Position numbers and translations under genes: made by a program
Shown here: positions 1 to 6,913 of the stretch, piece by piece
Layout: each line of letters starts with the position of its first letter
How positions within the stretch are numbered: the stretch's first letter is position 1
Notes under the pieces: model-generated
The model's input: only the letters and a program-made list of their open reading frames with translations
Databases searched by the model: none
What the model was told of the DNA's origin: nothing
Origin: Candidatus Phocaeicola gallistercoris
GTDB taxonomy: Bacteria; Bacteroidota; Bacteroidia; Bacteroidales; Bacteroidaceae
Assembly (NCBI GenBank): GCA_019116145.1
Contig: DXCG01000150.1
Span: 1-47,666, forward strand
Length of the DNA stretch: 47,666 bases
Direction of reading: 5' to 3'

Positions 1-1563
1 TGTTTTCCCATGCAGGCATTCTGAAAGGCGTTTCAACAACAAATTCTCTGTTTCCGTATCGAGCGATGATGTCGGTTCATCCAGCAGCAAGACATTACCC
101 GGGCGAAGCAATCCTCTGGCAATAGCAATCCGCTGCGCCTGTCCCTCGCTCAATCCGGCACCTTGCTCACCACACAACGTATCCATACCATCGGGCAAAG
201 CAAAAACAAAATCGGCTGCCGCCATATAAAGAGCCGAACGAAGTTCCCTTTCCGTTGCATTCGGATTGCCTACCATCAGATTATCGCGGATACTTCCACT
301 CACTAACGTATTCCCTTGAGGTACATACGAAAAGTTACAACGCGTAAGGGGAGATATGGTTTCTTCACGCGTCTCGTTATATACTGTCAGACTCCCCTCA
401 TCGGGTTGCATCAATGATAGAATCAGTTTCAGCAAAGTAGTCTTCCCTACTCCCGTCTCACCGATAACGGCAGTCAAGCTTCCGGGGGTGAAATTGTACG
501 TAAAATTAGTGAAAATGGCACGTTTCCCTTCCGGATAAGTAAAACAAATGCCTTCGGCACGAATACCCAAACGCCCTTCTAACCGCACCGCATCGCCCTG
601 TTGCTCCAAAGGTAAAGCCAAAAGTTCTGCCAGCCGTTCGGTAGAAATAAATACACGAATGAAAGAAGGAATCTGGCGGCTTAAATCGACCATCGGTCGT
701 TGCACTTGTGAAACCAACTGGAAGAAAGCCGTCACCATACCAAACGTCACACTTCCATCGCGCAGCCCAAATACGCCCCACAACAAAGCCACGGCATAAC
801 CTGCCATAAAACCCAGTTGCACCATCGAGCGCGAAAAAACCGAAAAATCTGTCCGCTCCATGACTTTGCTGCACAAGGCTTGCTGCATGGAAACAAGGCG
901 TTCTATCGACTGTGAAGTATATTCCAAGGTACGTATCAAGATACGGTTTTGCAAATTCTCCTGCAAATGGCTCTGCACCCGGCTGTCGGTAGCCCGTATT
1001 TCACGTGAGATGCGGCGCATGCGGTTCACATAACGCTTACTGAATAGTAAAGCCACAGGCATGATAAAAACCAAGACGCCGGCAAGACGGGCATCCAATA
1101 TCGAAAGGAAACAAAATGCTCCTGCCAGTTGTACCGTAGTTACTGCCACAGCCGGAATGGTACGGCACAAAGCATCGGTCACTACAACCACATCTTCTTC
1201 CAAGCGGTTCAGCAAGTCGCCGGAATGGAATGCCTCGCGTCCTGCTCCACAACTCTCCATCAGATGCACAAACAACCTGCGGCGCAACTCGTTGCGAAGA
1301 CGGATTTCGGTACGGGCTGACAAACGGCTCCGTATCACCGAAAGCGCCAACTGCATGACCATGCAGCACAACAGCAACCCGATGAATATGTTCAAATCAT
1401 CGTCCGACACACCGGTCGCTATATCGATGAGGTGCTTGCACACATAAACGAAAAACAATGAAACACCAACTTGCGTAATGCCTGCCAACGCATAACCTGC
1501 CATATACAGGCGAAAGCCTGCAGAGACTTTCCATAACCATTTCAAGCATTCATAAATCCGCAT
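1..1563 (-). CDS. ABC exporter (TMD + NBD fusion), 3' end beyond window
   Basis: Not in the ORF track (no stop in window). Translated manually from ATG 1563: MRIYECLKWLWKVSAGFRLYMAGYALAG..., hydrophobic N-terminal half, Walker A GETGVGKTT, signature LSEGQAQRIAIAR, Walker B LLLDEPTSSLD. Confidence 0.92.
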   Translation of the reverse strand, partial: MRIYECLKWLWKVSAGFRLYMAGYALAGITQVGVSLFFVYVCKHLIDIATGVSDDDLNIFIGLLLCCMVMQLALSVIRSRLSARTEIRLRNELRRRLFVHLMESCGAGREAFHSGDLLNRLEEDVVVVTDALCRTIPAVAVTTVQLAGAFCFLSILDARLAGVLVFIMPVALLFSKRYVNRMRRISREIRATDSRVQSHLQENLQNRILIRTLEYTSQSIERLVSMQQALCSKVMERTDFSVFSRSMVQLGFMAGYAVALLWGVFGLRDGSVTFGMVTAFFQLVSQVQRPMVDLSRQIPSFIRVFISTERLAELLALPLEQQGDAVRLEGRLGIRAEGICFTYPEGKRAIFTNFTYNFTPGSLTAVIGETGVGKTTLLKLILSLMQPDEGSLTVYNETREETISPLTRCNFSYVPQGNTLVSGSIRDNLMVGNPNATERELRSALYMAAADFVFALPDGMDTLCGEQGAGLSEGQAQRIAIARGLLRPGNVLLLDEPTSSLDTETENLLLKRLSECLHGKT

Positions 1564-1577
1564 ATTCTCCCTTTTTA

Positions 1578-2039
1578 TTACATTCTACGAAGGAAATACA
1601 ACAAGTAGCGACGCACAGGCAACAACCCGCGCCATAACCCGGACAAGCTCCGTTCTTTCAGCGAACGGCACGACACTGCCCTCCCGTTGCGCACTATCGT
1701 CATCACTTTCCCCGCTATTTGTACCTTTTTACATCTCTCGGTAGCATACAGGTTTCCGTCGCCCATCAGTGCTATGTCTTCACCCCGCTTCTTATATATA
1801 CGGTGCAACACATGTGTGCCGTTATCCAAACGGGCTAAAACAATATCTCCTACTTCCACACCATCGGTTTTCCGCAACGTCACACGGTCGCGGCCGTCTC
1901 TCAGAAAAGGGAACATGCTGGAACCCTTCACGCGCAGCGTTACGGCAAAACCGTCGGACAACATGCAGGTCACTTCCTCAAAAAAAACCTCATTGTTTAT
2001 CTGTACCGGGGCATCTCCCCGCTTCTCCTTATCTGTCAT
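1578..2039 (-). CDS. S24/S26-family peptidase with Ser-His dyad
   Basis: Motifs KGSSMFPFL (catalytic Ser box), GDIVLA, VLHRI (His in place of Lys), GDGN. ORF track starts at 2078; ATG 2039 (MTDKEK) avoids overlap with the HNH gene. Confidence 0.85.
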   Translation of the reverse strand: MTDKEKRGDAPVQINNEVFFEEVTCMLSDGFAVTLRVKGSSMFPFLRDGRDRVTLRKTDGVEVGDIVLARLDNGTHVLHRIYKKRGEDIALMGDGNLYATERCKKVQIAGKVMTIVRNGRAVSCRSLKERSLSGLWRGLLPVRRYLLYFLRRM

Positions 2040-2074
2040 ACATGTATTGTTTTTCTTTGCTGAAAGAAAGCCAG

Positions 2075-2656
2075 TCAACTCTGCCTATACAATTGCCGTA
2101 CCATCGTTTCAAATTCTCCGATAGCCGCAACAAGTTCATCTTCCGTCAAATCCTCTTTCATGAAATTTAAACTTACAATAGCCTTTTTCCGTCGATTTAT
2201 CAAACATCGTTCATTCAAATTAAAATGCTTGATAGTTTGGATTCCCTGTTTACTTTGTCCAATAGCCTGTATTTCTCCGGTAAAGGAATATTCCATGTAA
2301 TCGGCTGGATTATCGACTGCCGGATTAACAAGCCAATCATAATCTTCCTTATTCTTGATTTGTTTATCTTTGAATTTAGCACCATAATTCTCCGCATTAC
2401 AAGAAACCAGCAAATTATTATACTCAAAAGTCTCTTTAGGAAACAAATTACGAGTATGAAAATGATCTATATGACTGTTCGTATTTTCCTTTATTTTAAT
2501 GCCGGTATAAGCGCAACAATCTTTCTGCTCATTTTTCAAAATATATTCCCGAAGTTGCACTCGAATAGGAGCAATATCATTCCAATCTTTCGGCTTTTCC
2601 CTTTTCAGGAAGCCAAAGAAAAAAGCAGGAGGATTTTCTTTATTGACTTTTTGCAT
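2075..2656 (-). CDS. HNH endonuclease, PtuB / retron-associated type
   Basis: EQKDCCAYTG...SHIDHFHTRNLFPKETFEYNNLLVSC...KD pattern; overlaps upstream ATPase by 17 nt. Confidence 0.82.
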   Translation of the reverse strand: MQKVNKENPPAFFFGFLKREKPKDWNDIAPIRVQLREYILKNEQKDCCAYTGIKIKENTNSHIDHFHTRNLFPKETFEYNNLLVSCNAENYGAKFKDKQIKNKEDYDWLVNPAVDNPADYMEYSFTGEIQAIGQSKQGIQTIKHFNLNERCLINRRKKAIVSLNFMKEDLTEDELVAAIGEFETMVRQLYRQS

Positions 2657-3692
2657 AACTCCCCTCCTTTTGCTTTCGCATGATCTCCATTCGTATGAGT
2701 GTCAAATCCAAATCGGAATAGCCTAATAAATTCTCCAAATCCTTCATTTTTTGCAGAAAACACGTATCATTGTATTTGTTTTCTCTCACAGCCATCCGTA
2801 AATCTTCCAGTTTCTTTTCCACATCAGGAACCCGTTGAAAAGGAACGTTCTGTATCTCGTCCAATACTTTTTCAACAGTCCATCCATAGGGACCATCGTT
2901 ACAATGTTCCGCCCGGATTATACCATCTTCATCGCGTGTTAAAATACGTATTTCTTCTTGGTAAGCAGACGATATTACCTGAGGAGAATGCGTAGCAAGA
3001 AAGAACTGGCAATCGTTTTCTTCCGCGCATCGCCTTAAAATAGGCAACAAATAACTTTGCCACGAAGGATGCAACGATGCATCCGGCTCGTCCATAAGGA
3101 TTACACGTCCTTTCATATCCCCCATAAATAAAGGGAGTACTTTCATCAACAATTGTTTCTCACCATCCGATAAGTCATTTGCACCCAATTCAACTCTATC
3201 CCGATTGACAAATTTCAAATGCCTGTCGGCATCCAATCCTTTAAATCGTACCTGCAAATGGAAATCGGCAAACACCATGTCCAGCAAAGATTGTATTTTT
3301 TCGTATGCCTCGAAGCTGGTCTTCCCTTTTTCATAAACAAAATGGTCTACATATCTAACAATCTTCTTTTCCAAATCCGTTGAAGTCGTACTTGTGCTCG
3401 CACTGAAATATAAAACCGAGTCAAAAGCTTCTTCATAGGCTTTATATTGAGTCATAGAAGGAGGAATCGCAAATGTTTTATCTTCTGTCCCAATCCTGAC
3501 TTGGATATTTCCTGTATGGGTTGACGAAACGTCTTTTTTTCTTATGTATTCCAAAAGGGTACTCTTCCCGATTCCGTTGACTCCAGCAATGATAACAATG
3601 CGGAGCGGTTCATTATCAGTACAAAAATCGATATCAAAATTGCGAAACAATTTATAATTATCTATATGGATATGTTTCAGTTTCATGCTCAC
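2640..3692 (-). CDS. ABC/AAA ATPase, PtuA-like
   Basis: N-terminal IHIDNYKLF, Walker A GVNGIGKSTLL, signature LSDGEKQ, Walker B ILMDEPDASLHPSWQ, switch ATHSPQV; no TM segments. Confidence 0.85.
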   Translation of the reverse strand: MSMKLKHIHIDNYKLFRNFDIDFCTDNEPLRIVIIAGVNGIGKSTLLEYIRKKDVSSTHTGNIQVRIGTEDKTFAIPPSMTQYKAYEEAFDSVLYFSASTSTTSTDLEKKIVRYVDHFVYEKGKTSFEAYEKIQSLLDMVFADFHLQVRFKGLDADRHLKFVNRDRVELGANDLSDGEKQLLMKVLPLFMGDMKGRVILMDEPDASLHPSWQSYLLPILRRCAEENDCQFFLATHSPQVISSAYQEEIRILTRDEDGIIRAEHCNDGPYGWTVEKVLDEIQNVPFQRVPDVEKKLEDLRMAVRENKYNDTCFLQKMKDLENLLGYSDLDLTLIRMEIMRKQKEGSYAKSQ

Positions 3693-3738
3693 GTTTTTCT
3701 TCTTTCTTTACTATTATTTCCTCAAACCATGATTTGTA

Positions 3739-3769
3739 CAAAAATACAATTTAATTGACAATAAGCAAT
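3739..3769 (-). promoter_or_regulatory. Putative Bacteroidetes sigma-A promoter for the ATPase-HNH pair
   Basis: Minus-strand TATTTTTG (3739-3746) matches TAnnTTTG; partial -33 (TTG) about 19 nt upstream; about 45 nt before the start codon. Confidence 0.6.
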
Positions 3770-3823
3770 TAGCGACCGACAATTATTTCATTTCATTACA
3801 CCTTCCTTTATACCCCAACACTG

Positions 3824-3880
3824 AAAAAACAAAAAATCCCCTTCCTTTTCCCGCCCGAAGAGGCAGTCCGAGGAAGGGGA
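3824..3880 (-). terminator. Intrinsic terminator after the OmpA-like gene
   Basis: Perfect 10-bp stem TCCCCTTCCT (3837-3846) / AGGAAGGGGA (3871-3880), inner CUUCGG-containing hairpin, followed on the minus strand by UUUUUUGUUUUUU. Confidence 0.8.
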
Positions 3881-3952
3881 CCGATTGAGATATCCTACGT
3901 GAAAGAAGTCATAACCCCTTCACGTGTGACATAGAGAAAAAAAGAGCCTTGT

Positions 3953-4627
3953 TTAATTCCAGCCGCGTGCCTTGAATTTATAAGTAAACCCGATGGTAGC
4001 AGAAAGCATGCCTTCGCCACGTCCACCCGGTTCGCCATCGAAATCATCACTTAGGAACGTGCTGCGCAAATCGACGTTGAAGTCGAGTGCTGAGTTCAAA
4101 CGGAATGTATTCAGAATACCGAAGTGTCCTGTCACACTTGTTTCTTTCGGAGCGTCCGATGTATGTATCACACCGATACCCACATACGGGCTGCAGTTGT
4201 ACAAGCGTTCTTCATCGTATCCCTTGAAAGCATTGCACAAGTTGAACAATGCATCGGCTTGGAAATTATAGAAGTTGAACTTCGAGTGGTACATACCGGT
4301 ACCCCATCCGTCTACTTGTTCGCCGGTAGAATGGGCAACGCCCCAACGGGTAGCCCCTTTTGCCGACAAGCCACTGTACATCAAGCGTGCGCCCACCACA
4401 GGAGTAAACCATTTTCCTACGGCAACATCGATAGCCGGGGAAAGACGGTCGCCAAAAGAAGCCTCTTTGTCGTGGTCGCCAAAATACATGTTCAAACCGC
4501 CTCCCACACTGACAAACCAGTTGTTACGGAAGCTGTTGTCGGAAGTATAAGTACCTCCTGCCTGAGCGAAAGTCGTACATGCAACCAGCAACAAAGCAAA
4601 GGTTGCAAGAATTGTTTTTCTAATCAT
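3953..4627 (-). CDS. Outer-membrane beta-barrel protein (OmpA-family N-terminal domain only)
   Basis: Signal peptide, NWFVSVGGG, VAVGKWFTPVVGARL, terminal IGFTYKF strand; no periplasmic peptidoglycan-binding domain follows. Confidence 0.82.
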   Translation of the reverse strand: MIRKTILATFALLLVACTTFAQAGGTYTSDNSFRNNWFVSVGGGLNMYFGDHDKEASFGDRLSPAIDVAVGKWFTPVVGARLMYSGLSAKGATRWGVAHSTGEQVDGWGTGMYHSKFNFYNFQADALFNLCNAFKGYDEERLYNCSPYVGIGVIHTSDAPKETSVTGHFGILNTFRLNSALDFNVDLRSTFLSDDFDGEPGGRGEGMLSATIGFTYKFKARGWN

Positions 4628-4667
4628 GTCGTTTTATCAATTTTAATAAGTTGTTGTTTCCGTTATA

Positions 4668-6827
4668 TCATTCCCTTACACAACGTACTGCATACGCATC
4701 GCGCAACAAATACTCGTCACGTCCATACGTATTGATGATGTTGCCGGATGTGCTCCCTGAGACAACCGAACCCTCCTTGTACGCATCCGTATTCAGATAA
4801 CAGGCATACGCATGGGCATCGTCTCCTACATAAGATTCACTCGTCCACCAATAACCGCCGGAACCGGCATTATTCTTCTCTTTGCCATTGGTTCCTTCGA
4901 GCGATTTTAAGGCAGGATAATACACCCCTTCGGTATCATCTGCATTCGCTTTGAAATGCCAGTCGCTGCCCGAAACCTTGACATAATTAATGTAGTCCAG
5001 CCGGGCTGCCACAATGGAATTGCCTTCGTTGGGCTCGGTAACATCCTTCGTCGTTCCGGTCGGCATATCGGTGAAACCGCTGAAAGTGAAAATGCTTGCC
5101 ACGCGATAGCCCACGGGCGAAGGGTCATAGATGGTCTTCTGCTGCTTCCAGCCCGCACCGGCAGTGCTTGCGTCGCCCAGCGTCTCGGGCAATTCACGGT
5201 CGCCATCACCCCACAAATAAACATTCACCTTGGTAAGCCAGTTGTATTGTGATGTCTGGGACGAGTGAATGAGGTGCATCGGGTTGCGCACGGCATCGGC
5301 AATGGTGGCATCCATTTCAAGGTTATAATTATAACCTTTCAGGTTGCTCATCTCCTCCTTGGTAGTGCCGTCGATGAAGAAGCTGCGCACCTGAGTGTCC
5401 TTGCCCGGGAACGGGTCTTTGCGCCCCCACTGGTACCGCATCACATTATAGTCGTTGTACGCCGACTTGGCACTCGACCTGCCCAAATCGCGGTCCATTA
5501 CCATAAACTTAGCTCCCGCCTGATTGGTGTATTCCACGTCTTGAGGCATGCCCTGCGTTCCCCAGATGTGCCAGCTCCAGAGGATTTCACCTTGGCAATC
5601 GGGTTCGCTGTAAACGCTAATCACGGCATTGCCGTAGATACTTCCATCAACAGAAGAAGCAATGGCATCGGGAATGGTGTACACCACACGCCCGTTCTCC
5701 AAGCGCACATCGGTCACAAAGTCCTTGCGGTCGCTCCACAACACCTTTGCCGACTTCGGATTGATGTAAGGATTCTCGGTATGGAAGCCCGCACCGGGAA
5801 TGATACCTTTCTGTCCGTTGCCTATTACCGTAGCCTTGAAGCTATGTTCGCCCGGTTCGGTTACGATGTAGCAGTTGGCTGTTTCTTCTTGCAGTTCTTC
5901 GGGGATATCCTCTATTACGGCATCGTTATTTTCAAGTGTTGTAGCCGTAAGCGGAACTACATAATACATACCAGCCTCGAAGTCGCACAAGGCAGTGGTC
6001 GTAAACGTACCCTGCTGGCGGTCGGTCGTAAACACACACGTCCACTCGTTGCCTTTATGTTTTCCCGGAGCCACCACAGCATAAGCTATGGCTTTCTCGC
6101 GAGCCGTAGGCGGTATGGCAAACTGAATGGTAATGCCATCCATGGTATATTCGCCCGGTTGCAAGCCGGCATCGAGATTGGTCAGGTTGTAAGTGAAACG
6201 TCCGGTCATCGGAGCCGCGCCATCCATGCTTTCCCCGGAAGGATGAATGGTCATATCGAGCAGCAGCTCATCGTCTGCCAAATCTTGTTCCCCGGTTAGG
6301 TCTATTTCAAAACGTACCAAAGCAGCCATCTGACGCAGTTTCAAGCTGTAACCGCTTCCCGCATCCGTTATCTCATCGGTTGCCTTAAAGTCGTATTGCG
6401 CTACCGATGAAACATCGCGGTACATCTGCACTTCGGGTATTTCCACTGGGATAGCTGTTTTATCTGTCACACCTTCCTGATAAGGATAATAGGCATACAC
6501 AGGCAAGTCGCTACCCGTCATGGTTCCCGTAAATGTTGTAGAAGAAGCCGGTTCGGTATTGGTACTGGTAAAAGGTTCGTTCACGGCAGACTGCCCGAAC
6601 ACACCGATACGATCGCCCACCGACCATTCCACAGTCAACGCCCCGTCGTCGGCTATATCGCCAATCTGGGTACGGGTGGAAGGAAGGGAAGTAAACACAT
6701 CTGCCGTAGCAAACAAAGAAATCGGTCTTTGTGCCACCGGTTGCGAAGTTTTATTCATATCGGCATCGGTACACGCGGCAGTACATGCCATAAGCAATCC
6801 TATACCGTATAAGGGAATGTTTTTCAT
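4668..6827 (-). CDS. Fimbrillin / type V pilin-like lipoprotein with C-terminal putative adhesin domain
   Basis: Lipobox CTAAC; STRT propeptide motif; WSVGDRIGVF and YAYYPY pilin motifs; TANCYIV, ILWSWHIW, MDRDLG, YQWGRKDPF, DPSPVGYRV, GGYWWTS, terminal AVRCVRE. Confidence 0.82.
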   Translation of the reverse strand: MKNIPLYGIGLLMACTAACTDADMNKTSQPVAQRPISLFATADVFTSLPSTRTQIGDIADDGALTVEWSVGDRIGVFGQSAVNEPFTSTNTEPASSTTFTGTMTGSDLPVYAYYPYQEGVTDKTAIPVEIPEVQMYRDVSSVAQYDFKATDEITDAGSGYSLKLRQMAALVRFEIDLTGEQDLADDELLLDMTIHPSGESMDGAAPMTGRFTYNLTNLDAGLQPGEYTMDGITIQFAIPPTAREKAIAYAVVAPGKHKGNEWTCVFTTDRQQGTFTTTALCDFEAGMYYVVPLTATTLENNDAVIEDIPEELQEETANCYIVTEPGEHSFKATVIGNGQKGIIPGAGFHTENPYINPKSAKVLWSDRKDFVTDVRLENGRVVYTIPDAIASSVDGSIYGNAVISVYSEPDCQGEILWSWHIWGTQGMPQDVEYTNQAGAKFMVMDRDLGRSSAKSAYNDYNVMRYQWGRKDPFPGKDTQVRSFFIDGTTKEEMSNLKGYNYNLEMDATIADAVRNPMHLIHSSQTSQYNWLTKVNVYLWGDGDRELPETLGDASTAGAGWKQQKTIYDPSPVGYRVASIFTFSGFTDMPTGTTKDVTEPNEGNSIVAARLDYINYVKVSGSDWHFKANADDTEGVYYPALKSLEGTNGKEKNNAGSGGYWWTSESYVGDDAHAYACYLNTDAYKEGSVVSGSTSGNIINTYGRDEYLLRDAYAVRCVRE

Positions 6828-6870
6828 AGATTTTTTGCTCTTTTTTTAAGTTCGTTACACATTTTGTTTC

Positions 6871-6903
6871 TAAGAGTATGCAGTATTACTCTGCACACTC
6901 TTA
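6871..6903 (-). promoter_or_regulatory. Intergenic 13-bp RNA hairpin without U-tract
   Basis: Minus-strand UAAGAGUGUGCAG-(7 nt)-CUGCAUACUCUUA; fully paired only on the minus strand (one G-U pair). Confidence 0.6.
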
Positions 6904-6913
6904 TCATTCTTTT

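Noticed and set aside
2075-3950. Retron (Ec78-like) with the upstream hairpins as msr-msd
   Set aside because: No reverse transcriptase ORF in the window; the hairpins are explained as terminator and 3' UTR and lie upstream of the predicted promoter.
4668-6827. Complete diversity-generating retroelement
   Set aside because: No RT, accessory gene or template repeat seen in the window; kept only as a fold-class observation.
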